64,000 nt of DNA from a bacterium (GCA_037128935.1 JBAXVQ010000003.1:1980-65979); one strand, 5' to 3'. Positions 16,178 to 26,056 are shown, numbered from the stretch's first letter. Notes: generated by a model from the letters alone, not told the origin. Numbers and translations are program-made.

Positions 16178-16354
16178 TAGCTAACTCAATCGTCGGGGGT
16201 GCCAATTCCGACGAGGACTGTCCTCCCTGTTTATAGACTGTGTGAGAAAAAGTGCCGTAGTGACGGCACTTTTTCTCACACAGTCTTACTAGCGGGACAA
16301 TGCAATGTCGGCAAAGAAAACCTTCAGTAGCGGGAAACTTATTTAAGTTAGCTA
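16178..16354 (+). other. Nested-palindrome structured element filling the ribE-ribH spacer
   Basis: Closing 9-bp pair TAGCTAACT (16178-16186) / AGTTAGCTA (16346-16354). Perfect 24-bp hairpin at 16235-16286 (loop AGTG). 7-bp hairpin TCGTCGG/CCGACGA at 16190-16214. Confidence 0.6.
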
Positions 16355-16380
16355 CAGTTTAAAAAAGCATAATCATTTCA

Positions 16381-16863
16381 ATGAATAACCTTTCACAGGA
16401 AACAACCATGAGTCCACTTACAACAAAGACAGCTCCCATCGCCATTACCGTTAGTCGTTTTAACAGCATCTACACTCAGGGTCTCCTTGATGGAGCCCTC
16501 AAAATACTGGCAGAAGCAGGAATTGCTTCAGACACCGTTCCAATCCTCTGGGTTCCAGGTGCCTTTGAACTTCCACTCACAGCGCTTTCACTCGCCGAAA
16601 CCGGCAGATTTGAAGCCGTAATATGCCTCGGTGCCGTGGTGAAAGGTGACACGCCCCATTTCGATTTTGTAGCCGCCGAAGCCGCTAGAGGTATTTCTCA
16701 GGTTGGGCTGCAGACCAGCCTCCCGATCATTTTCGGTGTCATCACAACAAACACCAAGGAGCAAGCGCTCGAGCGTTCTGTCGCCGGACCAGAAAATCGT
16801 GGTGGTGAAGCCGCCAAAGCCGCTTTGGAAATGATAAAGGTATTGAAAGATATCAAACGGTAG
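16381..16863 (+). CDS. ribH: 6,7-dimethyl-8-ribityllumazine synthase
   Basis: 160 aa. VPGAFELP, GAVVKGDTPHFDFV and FGVITT motifs. Confidence 0.9.
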   Translation: MNNLSQETTMSPLTTKTAPIAITVSRFNSIYTQGLLDGALKILAEAGIASDTVPILWVPGAFELPLTALSLAETGRFEAVICLGAVVKGDTPHFDFVAAEAARGISQVGLQTSLPIIFGVITTNTKEQALERSVAGPENRGGEAAKAALEMIKVLKDIKR

Positions 16864-16942
16864 GGTGCAATTCTAAAGATGCAAAACCATCGCAGGTCAG
16901 GTATCGTTAAAAGCGCACGTTTATTACCGTTGAGGAACGACC

Positions 16943-18253
16943 ATGACACCACAGGAACCAACATACAAACTCCGTTGCATCGAATCCGGCGATACCTATC
17001 CCGGAAACGAAATCCGCTACCGTAGTGAAAAAGGCGGACTACTTGAAGCCCAACACGATTTTTCAAAATTATCCATCACCCGCCAACTCCTTGATGAACG
17101 CTTTCATAGCCAAGAATTTCCTTATCGCAGCGGTGTCTGGCGTTACCACGAGTTTGTGCTTCCCGTTGCCAAAGAACACATCATCACACGCTACGAAGGC
17201 AACACCAATCTCTACCCCGTCGGCTCAGAAAACGCGCGGGAAAGAAACTACTCCACCATCGTCGGAGATTTCGCCGGAGCCCGCAACTTGTACCTCAAAC
17301 ACCTCGGTGAAAACCCCACCGGTTCGTTCAAAGATCTCGGCATGACCGCCGGTATCACCCAAGCCAAAGCACTCGGCTGCAAAGCCGTCGCCTGTGCCTC
17401 CACCGGCAACACCTCCGCCGCACTGGCATCCTACGCCTCGCTTGCCGGTATGCAATCCTACGTCTTCATCCCCGAAGGCAACATCGCCTACGGAAAGCTT
17501 TCCCAAGCCCTCGCCTACGGTTCCAAAACCATCCAGATCAAAGGTGATTTTGACGACGCCATGCGATTAGTCCAAGAAATCTGTCGTGAAGAACATATCT
17601 ACCTCCTCAACTCCATCAACCCCTTCCGCCTCGAAGGACAAAAAACCGTCGCCTTCGAAATCATCCAGCAGCTCGGCTGGAACCCACCCGACTGGATCGT
17701 TGTCCCTGCGGGAAATTTAGGCAACACCTCAGCGATTTGGAAAGGGCTTCGTGAGTTTCACCAGCTCGGATTTATCAATAAAATTCCTCGCATTGCCAGT
17801 ATCCAAGCCGCCGGCTCCAACCCCTTTTACCAAAGTTACAAAAACAACTTTTCCACGTTTGAAGCCGTGAAAGCCGACACCATCGCCAGCGCCATCAAGA
17901 TTGGTAACCCAGTCAGCATCCCAAAAGCCATCGATGCAATTCGCAAAAGCAACGGTGTTGTGGAACAGGTCACCGACCAGGAAATCATGGACGCCAAAGC
18001 CAAAATTGATGCTCTCGGTATCGGCTGCGAACCCGCATCCGCCTGCGCTGTCGCCGGCACCAAGAAACTAATCGAGCAGGGAATTATCGGAAAAGATGAA
18101 GTTGTGGTTGGCATCCTCACCGGAAACATTTTAAAAGACCCCGACGCCACCGTGAATTACCACCTCGGAAAATTATCGGAAATAAAAGGCACATTTGCCA
18201 ACCAGCCCGTGCAGACCGATGCCACAGTAGAAAGTATTAAGAAGTACCTGTAA
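16943..18253 (+). CDS. thrC: Threonine synthase
   Basis: 436 aa. PLP-lysine motif NPTGSFKDLG, and STGNTSAALA. Confidence 0.9.
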   Translation: MTPQEPTYKLRCIESGDTYPGNEIRYRSEKGGLLEAQHDFSKLSITRQLLDERFHSQEFPYRSGVWRYHEFVLPVAKEHIITRYEGNTNLYPVGSENARERNYSTIVGDFAGARNLYLKHLGENPTGSFKDLGMTAGITQAKALGCKAVACASTGNTSAALASYASLAGMQSYVFIPEGNIAYGKLSQALAYGSKTIQIKGDFDDAMRLVQEICREEHIYLLNSINPFRLEGQKTVAFEIIQQLGWNPPDWIVVPAGNLGNTSAIWKGLREFHQLGFINKIPRIASIQAAGSNPFYQSYKNNFSTFEAVKADTIASAIKIGNPVSIPKAIDAIRKSNGVVEQVTDQEIMDAKAKIDALGIGCEPASACAVAGTKKLIEQGIIGKDEVVVGILTGNILKDPDATVNYHLGKLSEIKGTFANQPVQTDATVESIKKYL

Positions 18254-18280
18254 ACATTTATATTACCGGAAGGAATACCC

Positions 18281-18721
18281 ATGAAAAAAATACTTCTCGC
18301 CACTGGAATTTTAACGCTCACGATCACAACACTCGCTTGCACTCCAACCGCTTCTCCAATTTCGCAAACCCCAACTCCGACGCTCCAAATCACCCCAAGC
18401 ACAGTTGCTGGCACAGCCACTCCCACCCAAACCGATCAACAACTCCTCACTCCACCCCCTGAATTCACTCCCATCACAGAAAAGCAAAGCACGTTGATCG
18501 CTGAAGATTACCTTAAAAAACTGGATATCTACGCCAAAAATGGCGGAAAAGACCTTCAACTTCTAGACTCCAACGTCAACCGTTGTCTCTATTGCTGGAC
18601 GTTCACTTTTTCCTTTTCCACAACACAAGGAGTGAAAAAGTACGCAGTCGTAGTGAAAGAAGGAAGCGTTTCACCAGCGGAATCACAAGAAGTATTAGGT
18701 GGTACAGGTGAAGCCCAGTAG
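18281..18721 (+). CDS. Putative lipoprotein, function unknown
   Basis: Signal peptide with lipobox-like TLAC, then a Thr/Pro-rich linker. Confidence 0.55.
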   Translation: MKKILLATGILTLTITTLACTPTASPISQTPTPTLQITPSTVAGTATPTQTDQQLLTPPPEFTPITEKQSTLIAEDYLKKLDIYAKNGGKDLQLLDSNVNRCLYCWTFTFSFSTTQGVKKYAVVVKEGSVSPAESQEVLGGTGEAQ

Positions 18722-18743
18722 CCGGAAGTAGTGCTTTAAACAC

Positions 18744-18968
18744 ATGAAAATAACTGTCAAAGTCATTCCCCGCTCATCCAAACTCTCCGTAGAGCAGTTG
18801 GATGACACAAGTTATAAAGTAAAACTCACCGCCCCACCCGCAGACAATGAAGCCAATTTCCAACTTATTCAAGTGCTCGCCGACCACTTTAAAATCCCAA
18901 AATCCCGTATCTCAATTTACAAAGGCAGTACGTCGAAGAATAAGATTGTGGAAATTGAAGAGGCTTAA
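18744..18968 (+). CDS. DUF167 (YggU) family protein
   Basis: 74 aa. KVKLTAPPADNEANFQLIQVLADHFKIPKSRISIYKGSTSKNKIVEI fits the YggU pattern (A.P..G.AN..li..La....v.ks.v.i..G..s..K.v.i). Confidence 0.8.
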   Translation: MKITVKVIPRSSKLSVEQLDDTSYKVKLTAPPADNEANFQLIQVLADHFKIPKSRISIYKGSTSKNKIVEIEEA

Positions 18969-19006
18969 AATAATGACAGCATCAAGTTTTTTAGATCAAG
19001 CTCACG

Positions 19007-19753
19007 CTAAAGTAAAGGCTTATTCACTGTTATTTGCACCCGCTCCATCCACGCCGTCACTTCTTTATCCGCATACCTATTTGCATCCGCTTCTCGTTTG
19101 AAAAATCGATTATAAAAGAAAACCATCCCAATAGCAGCAGTCAAAATTCCCACTGCTACTCCGAAAAGAATTGGTAGCAAACTTTCCAAGCCCTTCTTTT
19201 CAGTAACATCTATAAATACTGCTCTGGCAAGCACAAGTAGCAAGCTGGGGATTACGATGAATTTTGTAATCTTTCTCTTCCCCTCGGCATCTTTCAGCAT
19301 CGCTTCCGGCTGCTCAAGATGTCGAAGCTCATGAGCAATACTGAAGGCAGCATAATAGCGCATGGTTTCAATCAATACAGCTTCTTTTTCTTCAGGAGAT
19401 CGTGGATCGTTGAGCATCTGTCCCATGACATACTCCCAACTCGTTTGAAAAAGTGCGTACGGATAGAGCGTGATCGTTTTCTCGAAATCATTCACCGCAA
19501 GAGCTGGAAGAAATACGTAGTAATAAGGCTTGTTGCTAAGCTTTAGCCACAGTACTTTCAGTGGCCGAAAAATATAAAACAACAATAAATCATAGCTAAC
19601 AAGAGCTGTCTTGGTTAAAGGGTTGAATTGTCGTCGAAGTGTAGCCAGTTTAGAAATCACCAGCGGAGCCGTCAGTTCACTAAACGAACCATCCACGACA
19701 ACTGTGTAGGGAGTAGGATTTGAAATTTGAAAAGTAACAGGGAACATATTCAT
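19007..19753 (-). CDS. Putative membrane zinc metallopeptidase, M48/M56-like (HExxH ... ExxAD)
   Basis: AHELRHLE (HExxH), two TM helices, then READANRYA resembling the third-ligand E..AD motif of M48/M56 peptidases. The rest is unrecognised. Confidence 0.4.
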   Translation of the reverse strand: MNMFPVTFQISNPTPYTVVVDGSFSELTAPLVISKLATLRRQFNPLTKTALVSYDLLLFYIFRPLKVLWLKLSNKPYYYVFLPALAVNDFEKTITLYPYALFQTSWEYVMGQMLNDPRSPEEKEAVLIETMRYYAAFSIAHELRHLEQPEAMLKDAEGKRKITKFIVIPSLLLVLARAVFIDVTEKKGLESLLPILFGVAVGILTAAIGMVFFYNRFFKREADANRYADKEVTAWMERVQITVNKPLL

Positions 19754-19997
19754 ACCCCTACTCTATAGCATTTAAAAAAGAGAAACAAACAAGTAAGTTG
19801 GTAGGGAAAAATGTAGAAAATTTAAAATTATTTATTGATTATAATAACAAAATATTCTAATATATGTTCCATCAAAACATTACAAAATATACAAATTTAA
19901 AATAATAATCATGCTAAAATGTTTATTAGATTTGATCATTTAAAAGCAATTTACAAAGATTTTGAAAAAAAATCATAACAAGATTTGTGGAGTTGTG

Positions 19998-21200
19998 ATG
20001 ACGTATACAACTAAAGAACAACTATCCGAAAGTTCTAGATTTGGAGCTCAAAGAGTCACTCTTCAGACAGCTGAGTACCCTAACAAGCAGCATACCTACA
20101 TTGGGATATTTGATTCAGGTAGTGGAGGCATGGTGGCGGCCTCGTGGGCAGTTCGGGTCTTGCATGAACAGGGATTGGATTTTGGCGTCATTTTCTTCGG
20201 TGATACCAAGAACCTTCCCTATGGTCCCAAAGGGGTTGAGACCGTTGCTGGCCTTGCAGATGATATTATTGCTACGCTTTCACGCTACTGCCCAGTTATC
20301 GGAATTGCCTGCAACACTGCCAGCATTAGCTGGAAAAAAGCCGGAAAGCAAGGAAAAGAAGAAGGAAAAGCCCCTCAGGTTATTGGCATCATAGAAGCCG
20401 GAGCGAAGCAGGCATATGAAAAGGCAATTGCCCAAACCAGCGAACAATACCCTGAAAGACGCTGCAAACGTATCGGGATTATTGGCACAGAACTTACAGT
20501 CAATGTTCAAGCTCACGCTGAAAAAATTCTTCTTCTGCATCGAGATGCACTCAGTGAAGCTATCGGGCATCAACTCCCCATTATCCCCTATGAAAAAATT
20601 GCGAATGCATTAAAACCATCACTCGCTTCAACGGTTATCAACTACAATCGCACACCTCATATTGCCTTGATTCGTGAACATGAAGATGCCCACCACGGTG
20701 GAGCAACCAGGGGGCATCTTTTTCACTATGACCCACCACCCAATCTTCCGCACGATGTTGAAATAATAAGCCGTGACGGTCAAAAATTAGTAACCTTCGT
20801 AGATGAAGACCATATCCTCACAGAGTACGGCAGTATCAAAAAGGAGTGGAAAGTGCCAGTGAAAGAGTATCTTAACCAGATTTCAGAAGACTTGCGGAAG
20901 AACAAGATCACGTCACTTGTGCTAGGGTGCACTCATTTCGAATACTTCTCGAATGAATTTGGAAAAATTTTTCCTACCATGGAAGCCCGACAAGGCATCA
21001 TTGCTCCGTCAGCTGTGTTAGCATTAGACTTAATTACTACCATGCAAAAGGGTGTACATGAATCCCCAAAAGCCGAACAGAACCCCAATAGCAACAAAGC
21101 TCCTGCCAAAGCCTATTTTTACTTTTCCGGCGATCAACCCACTCGTGACACTTTCGAAACATTGGAAATACCTTCAGCAACACTTGTGCAAGATTTGTAA
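19998..21200 (+). CDS. Glutamate racemase-like Asp/Glu racemase with large insertions
   Basis: IGIFDSGSGGM, GDTKNLPYG, IACNTAS and LGCTHFEYF motifs in MurI order, but about 400 aa instead of about 270. Start placed at ATG 19998 (GTGGAG upstream). Confidence 0.6.
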   Translation: MTYTTKEQLSESSRFGAQRVTLQTAEYPNKQHTYIGIFDSGSGGMVAASWAVRVLHEQGLDFGVIFFGDTKNLPYGPKGVETVAGLADDIIATLSRYCPVIGIACNTASISWKKAGKQGKEEGKAPQVIGIIEAGAKQAYEKAIAQTSEQYPERRCKRIGIIGTELTVNVQAHAEKILLLHRDALSEAIGHQLPIIPYEKIANALKPSLASTVINYNRTPHIALIREHEDAHHGGATRGHLFHYDPPPNLPHDVEIISRDGQKLVTFVDEDHILTEYGSIKKEWKVPVKEYLNQISEDLRKNKITSLVLGCTHFEYFSNEFGKIFPTMEARQGIIAPSAVLALDLITTMQKGVHESPKAEQNPNSNKAPAKAYFYFSGDQPTRDTFETLEIPSATLVQDL

Positions 21201-21228
21201 CTGCTGCAAATAAAGGAGATTTCTCATC

Positions 21229-22206
21229 ATGTCTTCACCTACCAAAACTGGAAATAAAAAGCAGGTGAAGATTGAGGTCGGAGCACTTGGCATCATAATA
21301 GCTGTTGTTGCCATGATGCTTCACTCCTTACAGGCCATTTTTGGAAAGCTTCTCGTCCATGACCTTTCTGCAGAAACGCTTACTGTAGCAAGTCAGTTGT
21401 TGGGATCAGTAGTAATTTTACTTTTTTTTGGCATTGCTGGTGAGGTGAAAAATCTACTCAAACTCAGCAAAAAAAATATGCTTTTCCTCCTTATTTTTTC
21501 TCTTCTAGCTGGAGCCCTAGCTCCTATGCTGCTATACACCGGACTCCAAACTTCAAGCAGCCTAAATGGCACGTTACTTGGTAGAACTGAACCAGTCTTC
21601 GCCATTATCATCTCCATACTCTGGCTGAAAGAACAGTTTAAGATTGGTGATGGCATCAGTATGACCATTATGGTTATTGGAATGCTCACGATTGTGACCA
21701 AAGGTTTCCACGAAGGAATTAATCCCGCAGGAGGCGATGTCCTTATTATTGCTTCAGCATTATCTTGGGCAGCTGCCACAACAATCTACAAGAGGTTTCT
21801 TCCAAAGGTTTCCCAAGACATTGCAGTACTTTCAAGAAACCTAATTGGGGCTGTTTGCGTTCTAATTGTTTACCCCTTGGTCTTTCACGTTTCACTTAAT
21901 TTTCAACCGCTACTCGATTCTCGCGTATTTGGAATACTCCTACTATTTGCCATTTTAGTAACCGTTGGCGCCCAGATGCTTTGGTACAAAGCAGTAGAAC
22001 TTACCACAGTGAATAAAGCTTCGCAGGCCAGTCTCTCTAAGCCATTCTTTGGTGTGATCTTTGCCATGCTGATCCTAGGTGAGCAGCTGCTCGTTTTTCA
22101 CTGGATTGGTGGCGTATTGATTATTGGCGGGTTGATTTTGACCACACAGCAAGGATGGGAAAAGAAGATCTTCAAAAAATATATTTCACAAAAGATCGAA
22201 GCTTAA
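21229..22206 (+). CDS. EamA/DMT-superfamily transporter
   Basis: 325 aa, 10 TM helices in two EamA-like halves. Confidence 0.75.
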   Translation: MSSPTKTGNKKQVKIEVGALGIIIAVVAMMLHSLQAIFGKLLVHDLSAETLTVASQLLGSVVILLFFGIAGEVKNLLKLSKKNMLFLLIFSLLAGALAPMLLYTGLQTSSSLNGTLLGRTEPVFAIIISILWLKEQFKIGDGISMTIMVIGMLTIVTKGFHEGINPAGGDVLIIASALSWAAATTIYKRFLPKVSQDIAVLSRNLIGAVCVLIVYPLVFHVSLNFQPLLDSRVFGILLLFAILVTVGAQMLWYKAVELTTVNKASQASLSKPFFGVIFAMLILGEQLLVFHWIGGVLIIGGLILTTQQGWEKKIFKKYISQKIEA

Positions 22207-22268
22207 AAATGGATTTTACACGCTGTATTCTCCTTTACTCAACTCCCATTCTCCAGTAGAATTGCCCC

Positions 22269-24263
22269 ATGGAAAATCAGCATCTTTCACAGAAAAAACC
22301 TGAAAACACCTACGACATAATTATTGTCGGCGCTGGTCATGCTGGATGTGAAGCCGCCCTTGCAGCTGCCCGCATGGGATGTCGCACCCTCCAGCTCACC
22401 CTCAACATGGACAATGTCGCCCTCATGCCCTGCAACCCCTCCATCGGCGGCCCTGCAAAAGGCAATTTGGTTGGAGAAATAGACGCCCTAGGTGGCGAAA
22501 TGGGCATCTGCACCGACAAAACATTTATCCAGATCCGCACCCTCAACGCCAGTAAAGGGCCTGCTGTCCAAGCTCTCCGTGCCCAATCCGATAAAAAACT
22601 CTACGGCATCGAGATGAAAAACACCCTCGAAAGCCAGAAAAACCTCACCCTCAAACAAGGTCTCGTTGCTGATCTCATAACAGAACCAGTGAAAGAAAAC
22701 GCCCACCTCCCTGAAAATCCCCAGTGGAAAGTAACTGGAGTTATTACCAACACCGGCTACCACTATTTTGCCGATGCTGTGGTGATAACCAGCGGCACGT
22801 CTTTGGACAGCCGTATCATCATGGGCGAAGTAGCCTACTCCGGCGGACGTTCAGGGGAAAGCTCTGCCGTTCAGTTGTCCGATGGCTTGCGAAAACTAGG
22901 CATCAAACTCACCCGCTGGAAAACCGGCACTCCCCCCCGCCTTGATTGCAAAACGATCAACTACCCTTCCATGGAACTCCAACCGGGAAGCGACAAACCA
23001 ATATATTTTAGCTGGCTCTTCAAAAACGACGCTGAATTTGCAAAAAAATACGCCGTCATGCCTGAAAATATTTGCACCTACTACGAGAAATGGGTGCAAC
23101 ACGGTTGGCGCCCCCAACTTCCTTGCCACTTGGTGTGGAGCAGCGAAGAAACAAAACGAATCGTCACCCAAAACCTTCACCGCGCCCCCATGTACAACGG
23201 CGTTATTGAAGGCGTTGGACCCCGCTATTGCCCTTCATTTGAAGCCAAGATAGCGAACTTCCCCAACAAAAAACAGCAGATGTTTCTCGAGCCCGAAGGC
23301 TGGAAAACCACTGAGGTGTACCTCCAAGGTGCCAATACCAGCCTTCCAGAAGACGTCCAAATCGCCATGGTACAAAGCATCCCTGGACTTGAAAACGCCG
23401 AGATCGTCCGCATGGGGTACGCAATTGAATACGACGGTGTCGCCTCCGGACAAATCACCAACGCCCTAGAATCCAAACAAGTCAGCCACCTCTATTTCGC
23501 CGGTCAAACCAACGGCACTTCTGGCTATGAAGAAGCCGCCGCACAGGGCTTTTTAGCCGGCGTAAACGCCGTTCTCAAACTCCGAAACCAAGAGCCCTTG
23601 ATTCTCAAACGCAACGAAGCCTACATGGGCGTGCTCATTGATGACGTCATCACTTCAGAAATCCTAGAGCCGTACCGATTGCTCACCTCCCGCGCCGAAT
23701 ACCGTCTCCTCCTCCGCAACGACAACCCCGACCTCAGGTTAACCGAAAAAGGCCGCCAACTTGGTCTCATTTCCGATGAACGCTATCGCCATTTCTCTAA
23801 CAAAAAAGATCAGCTTGAAGAAACCCTAAAAAAACTGAAGAAAGAAAAGATCAAACTTCCCGAAGAATTGCGCAGTGTCGCCCTTTCCGACTACCTCCGC
23901 CGCCCTGAAATTACATTTGCTTCAATCACGACAGCGTTTCCAGAATATGCACCCCTGTCCCCTGACGTGCAACAACAACTCGAAGTCCAGATCAAATACG
24001 AAGGCTACATCGAAAAACAGCAAGCCCTCGTCGAGAAATTCAAACAAACCGAAGAAAAGAAAATCCCCGATTGGATCGACTACACCGAAATCCCCGGCCT
24101 CCGCAACGAAGCCCGCGAACGCTTCAAACTCACCCGCCCCTACTCCCTTGGACAAGCCTCCAGAATTTTTGGAGTCACCCCTGCAGATGTCTCGATTTTG
24201 CTGGTGTGGATTGAGAGTAAGGCGAGGAAGATGCATGCTATTGCAGAAAAAGAAGCAACGTAA
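22269..24263 (+). CDS. mnmG: tRNA uridine-5-carboxymethylaminomethyl modification enzyme MnmG (GidA)
   Basis: 664 aa. N-terminal FAD motif VGAGHAGCEAALAAARMG, GPRYCPSFE, and the full-length GidA layout. Confidence 0.95.
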   Translation: MENQHLSQKKPENTYDIIIVGAGHAGCEAALAAARMGCRTLQLTLNMDNVALMPCNPSIGGPAKGNLVGEIDALGGEMGICTDKTFIQIRTLNASKGPAVQALRAQSDKKLYGIEMKNTLESQKNLTLKQGLVADLITEPVKENAHLPENPQWKVTGVITNTGYHYFADAVVITSGTSLDSRIIMGEVAYSGGRSGESSAVQLSDGLRKLGIKLTRWKTGTPPRLDCKTINYPSMELQPGSDKPIYFSWLFKNDAEFAKKYAVMPENICTYYEKWVQHGWRPQLPCHLVWSSEETKRIVTQNLHRAPMYNGVIEGVGPRYCPSFEAKIANFPNKKQQMFLEPEGWKTTEVYLQGANTSLPEDVQIAMVQSIPGLENAEIVRMGYAIEYDGVASGQITNALESKQVSHLYFAGQTNGTSGYEEAAAQGFLAGVNAVLKLRNQEPLILKRNEAYMGVLIDDVITSEILEPYRLLTSRAEYRLLLRNDNPDLRLTEKGRQLGLISDERYRHFSNKKDQLEETLKKLKKEKIKLPEELRSVALSDYLRRPEITFASITTAFPEYAPLSPDVQQQLEVQIKYEGYIEKQQALVEKFKQTEEKKIPDWIDYTEIPGLRNEARERFKLTRPYSLGQASRIFGVTPADVSILLVWIESKARKMHAIAEKEAT

Positions 24264-24283
24264 CTAACGTAAGTTCTTTTAGA

Positions 24284-24395
24284 GTGTCATCCTGAGCGAA
24301 GTCTTCGAAGTCGAAGGATCTCTTCGAACAATTTTGGGATAATAGAAACCCCACCTGGCACGAAGAGATCCTTCGCAAAAGCCTCAGGATGACAC
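24284..24395 (+). repeat. MITE-like hairpin element, family 1, copy b
   Basis: GTGTCATCCTGAGCGAAGTCTTCGAAGTCGAAGGATCTCTTCGAACA ... CGAAGAGATCCTTCGCAAAAGCCTCAGGATGACAC, 21 nt after the mnmG stop. Confidence 0.85.
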
Positions 24396-24528
24396 AGGTA
24401 GAGATTGTTTTACTTTCACACAATCGAACTCAGGTTAAATAGCACTCGTAAGACAACTATAAAACCAAAATTTTATTTTGACCTTGGTAGTTTTATAATC
24501 AAACCGAGACAAAAAGAAACCCTACTCC

Positions 24529-25293
24529 ATGCCAATAAAAACCATCGGACACGAAATCCCCTTCAATTTTTCCTCTGTGAAAAAAGCACTCGCAGTCAAC
24601 GCCCATCCCGACGATGCCGAATTTTTCGCAGGCGGGACGATTGCCCAGCTCACCAAAGCTGGTGTTGAAGTCACAGCACTGTATCTGACTTCCGGCGACA
24701 AAGGCAACTACGCACTGGTGCAAGATGGATTACGAAAAGGCCATGGTTCGCAACACACAACCAAAGAACTCGTCGAACTCAGGGAACGAGACGCCAAAGC
24801 CTCAAACGACTGCCTTGGCATCAAGGAAAGTATTTTTCTCAACATGCCCGATGGTGGTTTGGTTGATCTCCGCAGCGAAATGGAAGAACAGATTTGCCTA
24901 CTCGTGAGAAAGCTCAAGCCCGACCTCATTTTCAGCTTCGATCCCTGGAAACAATACGAACTCCATCCCGATCATCGTGCCATCGGATACGCCTGTTTAG
25001 ATGCGCTTCTCGCCGCAGAAAACACCCTCTTTCACCCTGAGCAACTCACCGCCAAACTTCACCCACACAAAGTCCCCCACGTCCTTCTCTATCAAACTGA
25101 CAACCCCAACCTGAAAGTCGATATTTCCGCAGAAATTCTAAAAAAAATCAACGCCGTTCTTGCCTACAGCACACAATATTTGGATCCCCAAGCCACTACC
25201 AAAGAAATTACTGACTACAACGCGCAACTTGCCGTAGAAGCAAACGTAAAAGCAAAATTCATCGAAACATTTCATTACATCCCAAGCCTGTGA
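24529..25293 (+). CDS. PIG-L/LmbE-family N-acetylglucosaminyl deacetylase
   Basis: AVNAHPDDAEFFAGGT and HPDHRA motifs. Confidence 0.8.
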   Translation: MPIKTIGHEIPFNFSSVKKALAVNAHPDDAEFFAGGTIAQLTKAGVEVTALYLTSGDKGNYALVQDGLRKGHGSQHTTKELVELRERDAKASNDCLGIKESIFLNMPDGGLVDLRSEMEEQICLLVRKLKPDLIFSFDPWKQYELHPDHRAIGYACLDALLAAENTLFHPEQLTAKLHPHKVPHVLLYQTDNPNLKVDISAEILKKINAVLAYSTQYLDPQATTKEITDYNAQLAVEANVKAKFIETFHYIPSL

Positions 25294-25300
25294 GGAAATC

Positions 25301-26056
25301 ATGCCACCAACAAAACGTGCAGCAGGTAAAACCAAACCCCAACCAGAAGAAAAAAAACAAGCAAAATTACAGGAATCTTCCATCGTTGCCTTCCTAGTGC
25401 GCGAATACTGGGATCAACACACCCGCATGAACGGTCTTCGAACCGAAGGATTCCAACTGGCGCAGATTTATTTCTCCATCGCCGGTCTTTTTGTCGGTGC
25501 AGTGACAGTACTTTCCAAGGTAATGTCCGACAACTATCTTAGCTATTTCAAGTACTCCTTCTTCTTCTTTTTTATCCTCTTTCTTTTTGGTCACAGCATC
25601 TACCAGGCTCTTTGTAACACGATTCGTGATGAACTAACAATGGACACCGCGCTCTTTTTTATCCGTGCATTTTTTGTTGAAAAAGGCCTGCTCCATCCCT
25701 ATGTGTTCTACTACAATGGCCCCTACAAAGATTCCAACTTCGATCTCGGACAATGGCATGGGCACAGGGATAATGTCGTCTACCTTACACAATTCACCGG
25801 CATGCTGAACATCATCATTCTCGCCACCGGACTTGCCAGCCTTTTCTGGGCACTCTCTGACGCTGCCGGGCAGAATGTCACGCTTTTTATTCAGCTCTCT
25901 GTACTGGTTGGTGGGTTCGTTTTACTCCTCGCTTTGGCGTATGCAATTTATCGCAGAATTTTCTACTACAACTACATCGACCGCGCCGAAAAAATGCTAC
26001 ATCCCATCAGAAAAGGCATTTGGGATAGTGTAGAAAAAGATATTCTGGGCGGGTAA
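25301..26056 (+). CDS. Hypothetical membrane protein with a basic N-terminal tail
   Basis: 251 aa, 4 predicted TM helices, starts 8 nt after the PIG-L gene. No family recognised. Confidence 0.4.
   Translation: MPPTKRAAGKTKPQPEEKKQAKLQESSIVAFLVREYWDQHTRMNGLRTEGFQLAQIYFSIAGLFVGAVTVLSKVMSDNYLSYFKYSFFFFFILFLFGHSIYQALCNTIRDELTMDTALFFIRAFFVEKGLLHPYVFYYNGPYKDSNFDLGQWHGHRDNVVYLTQFTGMLNIIILATGLASLFWALSDAAGQNVTLFIQLSVLVGGFVLLLALAYAIYRRIFYYNYIDRAEKMLHPIRKGIWDSVEKDILGG

Noticed and set aside
19754-19997. Very AT-rich 240-bp spacer about 2 kb from mnmG (gidA), considered as a possible replication origin.
   Set aside because: No repeated DnaA-box-like 9-mers (TTATCCACA/TGTGGATAA); there is only one weak TGTGGAGTT. 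No dnaA or dnaN is nearby. It is more simply a divergent promoter region.
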